A stretch of 63,669 bases of DNA, counting the filler, from Thraustochytrium aureum (Eukaryota): the NCBI GenBank assembly GCA_012862495.1. It is 8 parts of 6 records of this genome, joined end to end, with 100 filler letters (N's around TTAATTAATTAA, not from the genome) between each part and the next. Parts side by side here need not be neighbours in the genome. Positions count along the whole stretch, not along the records: positions 8,373 to 29,831 come from BLSG01000385.1; positions 29,932 to 34,589 come from BLSG01000386.1; 6 more parts are not named here. One strand, written 5' to 3'. This document shows positions 21,456-34,250 of the stretch, in pieces. The position numbers and the translations under genes were made by a program. Under the pieces are notes generated by a model that did not search any database, was not told where the DNA came from, and worked only from the letters and a program-made list of their open reading frames with translations. The first letter of the stretch is position 1. Every line of letters begins with the position of its first letter.

Positions 21456-23009
21456 ATGCCCTGGCTGGTGATGGACGAGGTGCTGTTTATTCACGTTCCC
21501 AGGTGTGGCGGGACGTCGATCACCAAGCACCACCGCGTGGGCTACAAGGCGCGGCAAGGAAAGAATCCGTACTACAAGTTCGGTAAGTCGGCACAGCGCG
21601 GAGCGGGTTGCACGGACGCGCCGCGCATGTGGAGCGCGCTTGTTGCATGTGGAGCGCGCTTGTTGCATGTGGAGCGCGCTTGTTGCATGTGGAGCGCGCT
21701 TGTTGCATGTGGAGCGCGCTTGTTGCATGTGGAGCGCGCTTGTTGAGCGGCAGCGGGACGAGAGGGCCACCCGGCTAACGGGCGCCGCGGGCGATGCGCA
21801 GGACTCATGTACTACTACTACCGGTACAAGCTGTTGGAGAACGCCAACTTCCCGCTGTTCTCCTACGAAAACCTCCTCGCTATGATCCAGATCATGACGG
21901 GGATCTTCATCTATTTCTTCGCCGCAGAAGCGATCCCGGCCCCTTACGTCATGTGGACGACGGCGAGCTTCACCTTTCTGATGTCGACGGTGATCTGGAC
22001 CGCGCCAGTGACGATGCGCAACAACACCTTGCGGTGGCTTTTGATGATGCTCCAGTCCAAGGTCTTGTGCGGGCTTGGCGGGGACAACAAGTACATGGTC
22101 GGGACAAACGAAAAGGCGTACCTGTTCCACATCACGACCAAGCGCGCGATCAAGTTCGGGTACATCACCAAGGAGCAGGCGCAGCGGTGCGCGTTTTCGA
22201 TAGTGCGCAACCCGTACAGTCGGATGGTGAGCATGTACGAGTACAACAAGCGCCCGTTCGAGTCGTTTGAGCACTTTGTGCGGACGTTTCACCGCGAGTA
22301 CTTGAAGACGTACGTCGGCCTGGGGAGCTGCGAGTGCGCGGACATCTATTGCCACATCCTGCCGATGCACGAATACACGCACATCGACGGCACCCAGGTG
22401 GTCTCGTGCGTGATCAAGCAAGAGCACCTCAAGAACCTCGTGGCCACCGACTGGGAGGGCTCCAATGTGCCAGTGACGATCCAAAAGGCAATGACCGGCA
22501 TCCCGCACGCGAACAAGCGCTCGCGCAGCATAGCCTGGCAGCAGTACTATACGCAGGAGACGATGAATACCGTCTTCTCCATGTACGAGAAGGACTTTGA
22601 GATCTTTGGTTATGACCAGTCTATCCCTGGACGGCCGGACCTCGTTCTCGTCAAGTCCGTGGTGCCGGCCAGCCGAGCGCGGAACGACATGGACGACGTC
22701 GAAATACCAATCGGGCCCCGCGCCAAGAAGGATACGGTGCGACGTGGTACGTACTCGAAGATGAAGGACGAGGACGAGATAGCGTCCACAGGGTCGGGGG
22801 ACCAGGATGCTGTACCAGCGAGGTTTGAGGATGTCGAGCTGTTGCAAACGCCGTCGCCTGGGCAGAGGCCAGGCCTTGGCGGGGATGCGCTCGCGACCTC
22901 GTTCATGATGAGCACGGACTCGGCGTCTTGCGAGAGTGGCCAGCCGACGCGCGAGGAGGACGCGAGCGTGCGGCGCGAGGCGTCTGTGTTTGTCTTGGCG
23001 CAGACATGA
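21456..23009 (+). CDS. sulfotransferase family 2 protein; exons 21456-21582 and 21802-23009
   Basis: 5'-PSB FIHVPRCGGTS and 3'-PB FSIVRNPYSRMVSMY. C-terminal YYTQET..V..MYEKDFEIFGY. Intron GTAAGT(21583)...CTAAC...GCAG(21801) splices in frame (KFG/LMYY). Confidence 0.88.
21625..21745 (+). repeat. perfect 20-bp intronic minisatellite (GCATGTGGAGCGCGCTTGTT)x6
   Basis: Six identical units read directly within the sulfotransferase intron. Confidence 0.97.
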
Positions 23010-24181
23010 CATCCTACTCTAGAGAAAGCCAGAGCTGGAGAGCTTGAGAAAGAGAACCACCACCACTTTGTCGCTCGTGCCCGGCGCTGCGGCGACCAGG
23101 ACCGCGCAGCGCTTGAGCCATCGTCCCTGCGCGCCACACACGCGAAGGATTCCCCACCACGCCTGAAGAAAGCTCATTCCGTTGAGAGTGAGTGGAAAAT
23201 TGCTCTCAATCAAACATTCAAAAAACCTGAAGACTCATGCACGATCTCGCACCCCCTCTCGCCCCTGCTCCTGCGCGGCAGGCCAGCAGCAGCAGCAGCT
23301 CAGGCGCGCCGGCGCGCCCGCGCGTCTCGTCGGTTAGGCTCCTCGACTCCCCAAGCCCCGAGCTGGTCGGCCGGCCTGCCGGGGTGCTGCTGAGCCAGTC
23401 CACCCACTCCTGAAGACAGACTCCTGAGTCCTGAGGCAGCAGACAAGACAGGCGGGCAGGCAGGCAGGCAGACCTCAGCCAGGCTGAGGTCCTGCGGGCG
23501 CGCAGAGGAGAGGAGAGGAGAGGCGGCGATGCAACCCAGTTGATGATGGCATCCAGTGGCAAAGACATGAGCGTCCTCCACGAGCCTGATCGAATGGAAT
23601 TGAAATCTGCCAGTGCAGGCACAGGCAAGCACTTGAGCGAGCCTCCTCGCATCTGACAGAGCAGCAGCGCAGCAGCAAGGGGCGCCACGCGAGCCGCGGG
23701 CAGGAGCGCAGGAGGGACCGGCCGCCGCAGGGACAGGCAGCTAGCTGCGCGGGCGGAGGCCGAGCTGTGCGCAGGGGGCCTGCCGGCGCCGGCCAGCAAG
23801 ACAGGCAGGGCTCGAACGCGGTCGCGACCTCCGCGAGCCGCCTGCGGCGCTTGCTTCGCNNNNNNNNNNNNNNNNNNNNNNNNNNNNNNNNNNNNNNNNN
23901 NNNNNNNNNNNNNNNNNNNNNNNNNNNNNNNNNNNNNNNNNNNNNNNNNNNNNNNNNNNNNNNNNNNNNNNNNNNNNNNNNNNNNNNNNNNNNNNNNNNN
24001 NNNNNNNNNNNNNNNNNNNNNNNNNNNNNNNNNNNNNNNNNNNNNNNNNNNNNNNNNNNNNNNNNNNNNNNNNNNNNNNNNNNNNNNNNNNNNNNNNNNN
24101 NNNNNNNNNNNNNNNNNNNNNNNNNNNNNNNNNNNNNNNNNNNNNNNNNNNNNNNNNNNNNNNNNNNNNNNNNNNNNNNNN

Positions 24182-24918
24182 AGAAAACTGGGCCGCACAT
24201 CGCGAACTCGGCGCGCGGTTCGGGCGGGCCAGCAAAGGGTGCGGCGCGGCCCCTCCGGAACGCAAGCAACGGCGCTGCGGCGGGCGCCGGCAGCGGCGCG
24301 GCGCGCAAGCGCAAGGCTGTGCTGTCTAGCGAGAGTCCCGAGGAGCCGCCGAGCAAGCGCAAGGCGCAGGAGAGCGACGACAAGCTCTGGCCGGTGCCGC
24401 GGCCAGAGCACTTTTTCGAGCAGCGGCCGGCGGTGCTCCCGGCGTCGACGACGAACCGAAAGACATACTCTGACTACTATTTGGCCTCCAAGAACAGGTA
24501 TAAGGCGCGCCTCTCCAAGCTGGTGCGGAAAGCTCAAGCGGGCGAGAAGCAAAAGGCCTCCAGTGCCGCGGCCGCCTCGACGTCAAAGGCGGGCGCTGGC
24601 GACTCCAGCGGCAAGGGCTCCAAAGCGGGGGCCGACGCCAAAGCGGCGGAGCGCGAAGCCAACGACATGCGGACCAAGTCCCGCTTCTCCTTCAAGCAGG
24701 ATGCCATCAAAGCGCTCGCGCAGGTCATGGACGTGTTTTGCGACGGCTTCTTCCAGGAGACGACGAAGCTTGTCCAGGAGCGACTGGCAAAGGTTGACGG
24801 CGAGGCGACCGAGGAGGAGAGGAGCGCCCTTCCATGCGACGTTCGCTCGGCGCTTGCGTCGCTGGGGTTTCCGACTGTGAAGGTCGTGGAGGGCGACTTG
24901 ATAAGGAAGGCAGCGTGA
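24182..24918 (+). CDS. basic protein fragment with a probable C-terminal histone-fold-like region; 5' end in gap
   Basis: K/A/S-rich tail with NLS-like RKRK. FKQDAIKALAQVMDVFCDGFFQETTKLV...DVRSALASLGF resembles histone-fold helices 2 and 3 (TAF/NF-YB-like). Confidence 0.45.
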
Positions 24919-25240
24919 TGACGGCACGGTGGAGCGCGCGAGAGAGCGCGACCGCCTGCGACCTGCCTGCGACCTGCCTGCGACCTGCTCTGAGCTGCCG
25001 TTTACACGAGGAGGCCCACGCTTGCCCAAAGTGAGGGGGGGAGCAGAACCCGTTGGAATCGTGGTGGGGGTCTGGCTTCCGCAGAAGGCGTCCGGATGGC
25101 CGCCGAGCTGGCGCGGCCGAGAGAGTAAAGCACATAAAATAATGATCTTCTGGGTTTGTTTGATTGCAGAAAGAAAGGTCAGCAGCCGAGTCGTTGCAAC
25201 CGGGTTAAATACGGGGTGGGAGGGGGGTCAGCAAGTCCGC

Positions 25241-25873
25241 TCAGGTCAAGCTCTGCGCGAGCTTCGCTTCGAAAGCGAGCGACTTGTCCAGCTCGCCCCG
25301 CAGTAGGAGATGGAGCTCTCCGGATGGCTCCGTTGCCTCCTGCTCTGCAGCGGCAGCCTGCGTCGCGTTGTCGTCGGACTGCGTTTTGGGGCACCCTGCC
25401 TCGCTCGCCCCCGCTGGAGGGCCCTCTTCTGGCCTCAGCTTTTTGGCCAGATCTGGGTGCGCCTCGGCGAGCTTGGCGTCAAGCGCCGCGTAGTCGTACC
25501 AACCCGCCCAGCTGTACCCCGCGCGCGAGCGCTTCTCGGGCCCGCCTTCGGAGCCGCTCGGCGAGACCGGGCGGGCCCGCTTGCACCGCCTGCTCGCGAG
25601 CGGGCGAAAGTCGGGCCGCCCGCCGAGCCAGGACCAGCTATTCCCAGGCCCGAGCTGCTCTTCGCTGTCCGAGTCCGCCTCGCCGAGCGCGCCAGTCTGC
25701 GCGTCGCCGCCGAGGCCCCCGAACGTGGTCGGCTTGTCCGCTCCCAGGTCGCGAAGACCAAACATATCGCTGCGCCCCCAGCGCCCTCCCTCTCCCTCTC
25801 CGCGCGGCGCCTCGCTCGGGCTCTGCGCTGTCGCGACCTGCACGAGCGGCAGCGCCTGCGCCGCCCAGAACAT
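25241..25873 (-). CDS. hypothetical protein
   Basis: Open frame with protein-like segments (WSWLGGRPDFRPL, YSWAGWYDYAALDAKL, LLLRGELDKSLAFEAKL). Start and intron structure uncertain. Confidence 0.4.
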   Translation of the reverse strand: MFWAAQALPLVQVATAQSPSEAPRGEGEGGRWGRSDMFGLRDLGADKPTTFGGLGGDAQTGALGEADSDSEEQLGPGNSWSWLGGRPDFRPLASRRCKRARPVSPSGSEGGPEKRSRAGYSWAGWYDYAALDAKLAEAHPDLAKKLRPEEGPPAGASEAGCPKTQSDDNATQAAAAEQEATEPSGELHLLLRGELDKSLAFEAKLAQSLT

Positions 25874-26454
25874 AATTCTTCGTCCATGCTGTCGCTCGCG
25901 TCCGGTCGGGTGTCCGTTACGCCTGCCCAGAGGTGGCTGAATGTCCCTCTGTGCAACCAACTTCAAGTTCACTTTCTCCCTAACAACAGAGAGGGACGCT
26001 GTGGCGGCTCTTGGGGCTCTTGCGTGAGTTTCTTCTAGCGCCGTCAGAGGCGCCACACAAGACACCACTCAAGAGTGTGCGTCGCGTGCATTTCCCAACC
26101 GAACAACCCTCCGCCAGAAGCGAACAAACGCACAAGTCTGTCCGTCACGGAGTCACTCCTCAGTGTGCAGGCCCCCACTGGCAGAGCCACAGCGAGAAAG
26201 AGGGACAGCAAATGCACAAGCACAAACGCGGGAGCCGCAGAAACGTGAAGACTCGGAGAGCGCGCGACCTCACACTGCATCCCCTCAAGAACGCAGCGCA
26301 TCGCCAATGCGCCGTGAGGCGGCCTCTCGCGGGCCAGCTCAAGAGCGCGAGCAGTCGCGAGGCTCTGGGGCCTGTCGCGTTTCGCGAGCCAGCGCGTGGA
26401 GCGTAGACGCTGCCGCGTCAAGAGCAACTCCAACAAAACGCCGCACAGACGGGA

Positions 26455-26735
26455 AGGAACAGAAAGAAGGCGACAGAAACGGGAGACGCGAAAGACACAC
26501 GAGCGCCAAGGGGGGCAGAGGGCAAGCGAGAAAGAGAGAGGGACGAGAAGGGCGGCAGGGAGACAAAAGGAGAAGGAAAGAGGGCTCGGAGAAGGCAGGC
26601 AGAGGGCAAGGGAGAAAGAGAGGGAGAAGGGGGGGGCGAGAGGGCAAGTGAGAGAGAGAGAGAGAGAGGAGAAGGGAGGCAGAGGGCAAGGGAGACAAAA
26701 GCAGAGAGAGAGAGAAAGGGCGAGAAAGAGAGAGA
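26455..26735 (+). repeat. purine-rich (GA)n-like low-complexity tract running into a gap
   Basis: Almost exclusively G/A, with GAGAGA runs and recurring GGCAGAGGGCAAG. Confidence 0.85.
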
Positions 26736-27869
26736 NNNNNNNNNNNNNNNNNNNNNNNNNNNNNNNNNNNNNNNNNNNNNNNNNNNNNNNNNNNNNNNNN
26801 NNNNNNNNNNNNNNNNNNNNNNNNNNNNNNNNNNNNNNNNNNNNNNNNNNNNNNNNNNNNNNNNNNNNNNNNNNNNNNNNNNNNNNNNNNNNNNNNNNNN
26901 NNNNNNNNNNNNNNNNNNNNNNNNNNNNNNNNNNNNNNNNNNNNNNNNNNNNNNNNNNNNNNNNNNNNNNNNNNNNNNNNNNNNNNNNNNNNNNNNNNNN
27001 NNNNNNNNNNNNNNNNNNNNNNNNNNNNNNNNNNNNNNNNNNNNNNNNNNNNNNNNNNNNNNNNNNNNNNNNNNNNNNNNNNNNNNNNNNNNNNNNNNNN
27101 NNNNNNNNNNNNNNNNNNNNNNNNNNNNNNNNNNNNNNNNNNNNNNNNNNNNNNNNNNNNNNNNNNNNNNNNNNNNNNNNNNNNNNNNNNNNNNNNNNNN
27201 NNNNNNNNNNNNNNNNNNNNNNNNNNNNNNNNNNNNNNNNNNNNNNNNNNNNNNNNNNNNNNNNNNNNNNNNNNNNNNNNNNNNNNNNNNNNNNNNNNNN
27301 NNNNNNNNNNNNNNNNNNNNNNNNNNNNNNNNNNNNNNNNNNNNNNNNNNNNNNNNNNNNNNNNNNNNNNNNNNNNNNNNNNNNNNNNNNNNNNNNNNNN
27401 NNNNNNNNNNNNNNNNNNNNNNNNNNNNNNNNNNNNNNNNNNNNNNNNNNNNNNNNNNNNNNNNNNNNNNNNNNNNNNNNNNNNNNNNNNNNNNNNNNNN
27501 NNNNNNNNNNNNNNNNNNNNNNNNNNNNNNNNNNNNNNNNNNNNNNNNNNNNNNNNNNNNNNNNNNNNNNNNNNNNNNNNNNNNNNNNNNNNNNNNNNNN
27601 NNNNNNNNNNNNNNNNNNNNNNNNNNNNNNNNNNNNNNNNNNNNNNNNNNNNNNNNNNNNNNNNNNNNNNNNNNNNNNNNNNNNNNNNNNNNNNNNNNNG
27701 GGCTTGCGCCTGCGGGCTGGCTGGAGGAGGCGGGAGTGGGGCGGTTGTGTCAAGCGGCTGCGCGCGCTCGAAACCGCGTCGTTCGTTTCGCCAAGCCCGT
27801 GGGGCGCCAGCGGCGAGCAGAGCAGAAGGAAGTGCGAAGGGAGCTGCTGCTGGGCGGCAAGCGGCGAGG

Positions 27870-29476
27870 ATGATTGTGTACGACAATCGCGAGCTGCTGC
27901 TCGTCTGTCGGACCACAGGGTCCGCACTGTACAACACGCGGTCTGTCGTCCCAGGGCTCGTGTCCGGGCTGATCGCGTACATCGCAAACGAAAACGATGC
28001 AGTGCGAGCGCTCCTGGCAAAGCAGCTGCAAAATCCTTCCGTCTACTTTAGCGGCGTGGCGTTCCTGGTCTCGTTCGTGGTGGTTTTCCGGTCGCAGCTC
28101 GCGTACAGTCGGTTTTTCGGGGCGCTCAACAACTATTTTCGCATGAAAGCGCGCCTGCTCGACCTCTGCGTGCAGACCAAGGCGTTTTGTCTGGCGAACG
28201 ACGTTGCCGCGGTGGCCCTCAAGGAGCGCGTGTTCCGGTGGGTGCGCCTGTACCACAAGCTCGCGCTGACACGTCTGCGCGGCGGGCACGTCGAGGAGAT
28301 TTACGTGAAAAACCTCGTCACCGAAGATGAGATCGAGATCCTCCTTGCGAGCCGCGAGCGCAACCTGGTGGTCACGTACTGGATCGCGCGCAACATCTCG
28401 GAAAATATGGACCGCTTCACCGTCCCGGCCCCCATCGTGGGCCGCCTCTTCCAGCTCGCGAGCGACGCCGACCTCGAGTATGGCGCCTTGCTCGTCGTAG
28501 CCGAGACCCCGTTCCCGTTCCTATACGCGCAGCTAACCTCTGCCCTGTTGCTGGTCTGGATGCTGGTCACCCCGATTTTCGTCTCGCGGTGGGTCGAAGA
28601 CCAGCCCCTCCTCAGCTGCGTGCTGGCCTTTCTAAGCTCGTGGATCATCTTCGCAGTCAACGAGAGCGCGGTCAACCTCGAAAACCCCACGGACGGCGAT
28701 GCCAACGACATTCCCCTGCTCTATTACGACGTGGTTTTTGACACCAGTGTCGAGAACGCCCAGTTCCTGCCCGAACCGGCAGCCTTTGCACGGACAGCAG
28801 GTGCTACAAGGGCAATGACTTTAAGCGCCGGACGGTCTCGCGCCGAATGGACCAGTCGGTTGCGATCCTTGCGCGCGCTGCAGCTGCAGAGGCCCAGGCC
28901 CAGAACGCCCGCATGGCCGACTCGGATCGCTCGCGCGGCGAGGCGCGCAGCGGCGCCTGGGCGAGCTTCATGGCCTTCGTTTTTGGCTCGGCGCCCAAAC
29001 CGGCGCCGCCGCCCAACTTTGGGCACGGCGTCGAGCCTGAACCGGAAGTCGGGTTGGGTGCCGCGGCGGAGCGCGTTTCCTACTGGACCGACGAGCCCTC
29101 GTCGGCAGAGGGCGGTGCGTCAACTTCTGCCAAGCGCGAGACCGCGGAGGGGGACTCGGACGCGCGGCGCTCTGTGCGAGACCCAGAGGTTGCGCGCCCT
29201 CCCGAGCCGGACGCTATCGAGACTCTGCTCGACGAGCCTGAGGACCGCCGTTTCGCGTCCGTGGAGCGCGCGGTCGTGCTGTTCCGGGACCGGTCGGCGG
29301 CGGCGTCGCTCTCGATGCGCGAGCAGCTCTTTCCGCACTGGATGTGCCACAACATTGTTTCTCGCGCGTTCGCAAAGTCTCGTCGCACGGCGCAGTCGCG
29401 CCTTCGCGAGATCATCGCCAAAGACGCGAGCGCCTCCACGCTGCGCGCGCAGGGCTCGTTCAAGAAGTTTGACTGA
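27870..29476 (+). CDS. bestrophin-family anion channel (bacterial/algal UPF0187 type) with C-terminal extension; frameshift near 28810-28850
   Basis: MIVYD..GS, LVSFVVVFRSQLAYSRFF, ETPFPFLYAQL, NESAVNLENP..GDANDIPL. The tail continues in ORF 28847-29476. Confidence 0.85.
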
Positions 29477-29931
29477 GGTAGTCGACGGCGCTGCGCAGCG
29501 GCCCGCCGCCAAGAGGCCGTTTGAAAAGAATTGACTATTTCTGCAAGTCCCTCGGAGGCCGGCTCATCGTTTGGCTTTGGCAAGGTGTATGCCGCTGGCG
29601 GCGCGGTGCTATCCCGGCCAGCGAGCGAGCGAGCGCTTCTTGCGGCGCTCGTCCGCCAGCGCGCGGTCCGTTTCACGGCACTGGTCAAAGGCTGGGCGCG
29701 CTGGACGCCCCCGACTCACACCCCAACTCGCGCCACGCCGAGCCGAGCCGGCCGGCCCAGGTAACGCGGCACGCCTCCAAGCCCCCCGAGAGAGCCAAGC
29801 ATGCCATCGCCAGCCCCCTCGTCCACAGCACNNNNNNNNNNNNNNNNNNNNNNNNNNNNNNNNNNNNNNNNNNNNTTAATTAATTAANNNNNNNNNNNNN
29901 NNNNNNNNNNNNNNNNNNNNNNNNNNNNNNN

Positions 29932-32900
29932 ACCGCCGCGGAGACGTTACCTTGGCCAAGCAGGAAAGGCTGCAGTCGCTCGAGAGTTGGCCGAGGCAAC
30001 GGCTTCGTCAGTACATCTGCGACTTGGTCACTTGAGGAGCAGTGTACGAGGTGAATGAAGCCCAGGCTGACAAGTTCGCGGATCTTGAGGTAGCGAAGGG
30101 CAAAGTGACGCGTGCGCATGTTCATTCGGTCCGTGCGGAGGAGGCCGATTAGCGGCTCGCTGTCGACGAGCATGGTTGTAGCGTTGGGCAGTTTGACGCC
30201 GATGTCGAGGAGAAGTTGGCGGGCGTAGAGGACTCGAAGGCAGGCCATGTAGAGGGCGAACAGTTCGCTTTCCGTGCTGCTGGTGGCAAGCAGCGATTGT
30301 CGCTTGGATTGTACGATGAGTGGAGTGCCATTCAAGAAAACGGCTATGCCGCTGACACCGTAGCCTTCGTTGTCAGGTAGAAAGCTGGCATCGGAGTAGG
30401 CTGTGAGGTTGAGGCCTTCGGGCCGTTGCGTTCCTTGAATGAGGACACCATGATCCAGAGTTCCCTTGATGTAGCGGACCACCTTCTTGAGCGCCTTCAT
30501 GTGTTCGTCTCCGCTGGCACGAGCGTGCCGCGACAGCAGCTGAGTGGCGAAAGCTAGGTCGGGCCGCGTGTGGCACAAGTAGATGAGCTTGCCCAGTAGC
30601 CGACGATACTCGCTGTGTTCGGGCCCGGGTTCATCGAGATGGGCGAGCTCAGTGGACGTTGAGACGGCGAGTTTGGTCGGGTTGGCGTCTGCGAGACCTG
30701 CCGCTTCGACGATCTCCTTGGCGAGGCGCGGCTGAGAGATCTTGAAGCCGTTGGACGTGCGTTCGATAGTTAGGCCGAGGTACTCGCTTGACGGGTCGAC
30801 CTTGATCGTGAGGTGCTTGCGGAGGAATGAGAGCAGGTCTTCGAAGGCTTGTTCGTGCTTGTACGCGACCAGGACGTCGTCGACGTAGATGACCAGGATG
30901 ATGGTAAGCTCAGTCTCCGCCTTGAGCGTGAAGACCGTCGGGTCGATGGCGCTTTGACAGAGTCCGTGCTCCTTGAGAAGCGAGAAGAAGTGGTCGAGCC
31001 AGCGCCGAGGGGCGCTGTTGATACCGTAGAGACTTTTCTTGAGCAGCAGGGCGAATCGCTTGGTGTCGAGCGTGATCCCTGGAGGCGGTAGGACGAGCAG
31101 GCGGTGCTCTGTGGTGTCAATTGACGCCTGTAGGAAGGCTGTTTTGACGTCGAGCTGTCGCGTTTCCATGCCAAAGGTGGCAGCAAGGTGCAGGACCATC
31201 TTGATTGCGGTTGTGCTCGCGGTTGGACTGTAGCAGTCGGCGATGTCGATGCCTTTGCTCAGTTCAAAGCCACGGGCGACGACGCGTGACTTGAGAATGC
31301 CGTCGACTTTCTTGCGGTACACCCACTTGGTGCTCATTGGACGCGGGTCCGAAGGAGAGCGAGGGACCACCTCGAACGTGTTGGTTGCCAGTAGACTTTG
31401 CCACTCGTCGTTCATGGATTCGAGCCACGCTGTGCGATACTCGGGAACCATCTGTTGCCATTCCTTGAAGGAGTCAGGCGTTGGGACTCCATCATCGAAG
31501 GGTGCGGCGGCTTCGCGGATCGCATCTTCTTGGAGAGAGTCAGCAGGCACACGAGACGTGGAGGACGAGCTGGTGTTCACCGCCGTACTGGCGAGCAGGG
31601 AAGAGAAGAGGGCAAAGACGTCCATGTCGTCAAGGATGGAGGTCGTCTCGAGCTCGGGAGGTGCGTGTTCGATGCGCAGAGGACGAGAGGGCGGCGGAGA
31701 AGAGCCAGCAGAGGAGACGAGCTCAAGCAGGGGAGAGCGCAAAGGAGGCGAGCGGGCTGGAAGCGGGGCGGACAGGAACGTGTCGGGTTTGTCGTCAGGC
31801 AAAGGAAAGACGGACTCGACGAATTTGGCAGAGCGTGACGCGATGAGCTTGTGCGTGTCGAGCGTGTAGAAGAGATATGTCCCGGTGGACAAATCGCGGT
31901 TGTACCCAACGAAGATCGAAGGACGAGTTCGGTCTTCGCCCTTTCGCGGGTTCGGGACGAGAGGCCAGGCCAGGCAGCCGAAGACACGAAGGTGGCCGAG
32001 GGGCGGAGGGCGACCAAAGAGGAGCGCGTACGGCGAGGCCTTGCCTGTCGTAGGAAGGCGAAGGTTGCGCAGGTAGACAGCGGTGTGGAGAGCTTCGACC
32101 CACCATTCCTCGGAGAGGTTGCAGCCCGCAAGGAGAGTGCGAGCGTCTGCAAAGGCTTTGTTAAGGGCCTCCGCTTTGCCGTTCAGCCAGTGGTGGTGGG
32201 GCGTGCTGATGACGTGGTTCCAACCAAGGCCGCGAATGGTTTGCGCGCCAGAACTGTCCCCGAGGAAGTACGACGCGGCGTCGGTGAGGATGGTCCGCGG
32301 GCCAGTTGGGTCGCCAAAGCCGTGCCAAAAGCGGCTCCACGTAAGGATGGCGTTCGGGATGTCTTTGAGCGAGCGCAGCTCAACCGTGAAGGCGAAGCCA
32401 CTGTAGTCGTCGAGAACGTTGAAGGCGTATTGGAAGCCGTTGCGCGAGCGAGGGGCGTGCAGAACGTCGGCATGGCAGAACTGGCCAATGTCCGTGGATT
32501 TGGGCTGGCGCGGGGCCGAGGACCGCGAGGCTTTGGGCATCTTGCCGCGGGCGCACGGGACGCAGTCGTCAGTGGGTAGCGATGAGTGAAGGACCTGAAG
32601 GCCGGAGCCGTGGTCCGCGATGTTGGCGAGGCGAGAGCGGCCAGGGTGCCCGAGGCGGGCGTGCGCCAGCTCAGGGGGGATGGCCGCCGACGCGGTTGGC
32701 AGAGGATTGCCAGCGAGCACCGCCGAGCTGGTGCACACCGCCGCACTGGTAGACACCGCCGCACGAGTAGACACCGCCGGGTGTGCAGAGCCGTGGGTCA
32801 TGCTGGTGTTGGAGATTGGCAACACGTAGACGCCATTTACGGGGCGAAGTGGCACAATGTGACCGGCCGCGAGCTGCATGACGCAGCCTTTGAGGTCGAC

Positions 32901-34250
32901 GTTGTGCTCGAGACGAATGAGCTGGGAGATAGAGACCAGCGTAAGTGGCGCGTCCTCCGAGAGGCGGCAGTTGGGCAGGAGGAGGATGTGCGTGCGACCG
33001 TCGGCACTCTGGACGGGAAGGCGAAGGGTCCCAATGGCCTGGATAGACGCAAAGGACCCGTTGGCGCACATGATGGATTCACCGGTGGCCGGGGTGATGT
33101 CCGAGAGGAGATGGCGATGTGGCGTCAGCGAGTGGCTCGCGCCAGAGTCCAGAAGCGCAATTGTCGGGCCCGTGGCGGGGACACTGGTCGTGGCTGAGGC
33201 GAGGAGATCAGCGTCGACGAAGGCGGACACGATGCGGTCGGGAAGGGTGGGTAGTGGCGCTGACTGCGAGCTGGCCTTTGTGCGGCAGACGGCTTCAAGA
33301 TGGCCGCGGCGATGGCAGAAAGAGCAGTCTGCGAAGCGGAACTTGCAGTCGCGACGGAGATGGCCGGGCTTGCCGCACGATTCGCAGTTCATCGAGGTGC
33401 TGGGCGGCGAGGTTGGTGCGAAGCGTCGCATGGCGGGCTGGCGCTCGGCGAGCATGGCAGAGAGAGCAGAGACCTGCTCGCTGAGCGCGCTGAGGCTGAG
33501 GCCGGACGAGGCGTTCGCGCTGTGCTCTTGCGCGGACTCCTGCGTCGCGAGGGCACGAGCACGGTCGAGGATGGCCGTTCGCGCGCTGGAGAAGGTGAGT
33601 GCAGAGGCGCGAGAGAGCAGTTCCGTAGTAGTGCTGGAGAATTCCCCGGGGAGAGCCGTGGTGAGCAGAATACCAAGGAGCAGGGATTCCACGGTGGCTT
33701 GCGACTGAATGAGGCGATTGCGAGCATCGGCAAAGTCGGCGAGGAACTTGTTGACGTGCTGCGGATCGGTTGACGTGCATGTCATGTTGCGCAGCGCGAC
33801 GAACTGGTCAGCTTGGTGCGCCAGCGTTGTCGACTCAAAGTGGTTGCAGGCAAGTCTGTATGCCTTGTAGCCGCAGGAGTTGTCATTGTCAGTCCACAGA
33901 ATGTGCGCCACCCCCGAGTCCTGAAAGCCAGCGATCATGGTACGGAAGATGAGGTTCGAGGCGCGGATGTAGGCCATCCGTTGCGTCGGCTGTAGGGCTG
34001 GATCAATCTGCCACTCACGGAGGTGCGATGAGAGGATGTGCTTGTAGATCATCCAGTCGTTCAGCGTGGCTGACTTGAGGAGAGGCGTTGGAAATGTGAC
34101 TTTGCTAGTCGGCATGTGACCAACCGAGTCGGTGTCGAAGTCAAAGCCACCAAGGAGAACTGATCGGTCGTCCGCGTCGGATCCGACGGAGCCGCCGGAG
34201 GAGAACTGCATTGTGGCGGTTTTCCGCGCACTTTTGGATCTCCTGCCCAT
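29932..34250 (-). CDS. Copia gag-pol polyprotein (about 1440 aa visible, no stop seen before the contig end)
   Basis: Zinc knuckles CESCGKPGHLRRDC and CSFCHRRGHLEAVC. Protease LLDSGASHS. HARLGH..CVPC. Integrase HADV/LTDAA/NGKAE. RT LDVKTAFL, SLYG, YVDD. RNase H YSDAS, SSTESE, QVADVLTK. Confidence 0.96.

Noticed and set aside
21625..21745. CRISPR-like or coding repeat
   Set aside because: A head-to-tail perfect minisatellite with no spacers, inside a GT-AG intron.
26044..28051. Long ORFs spanning N-gaps and the GA-rich tract
   Set aside because: Artefacts of N runs and low-complexity sequence.
32718..32779. 18-bp tandem repeat inside Copia pol
   Set aside because: A small in-frame linker expansion (AVSTRA/AVSTSA/AVCTSS) between protease and integrase; unremarkable.
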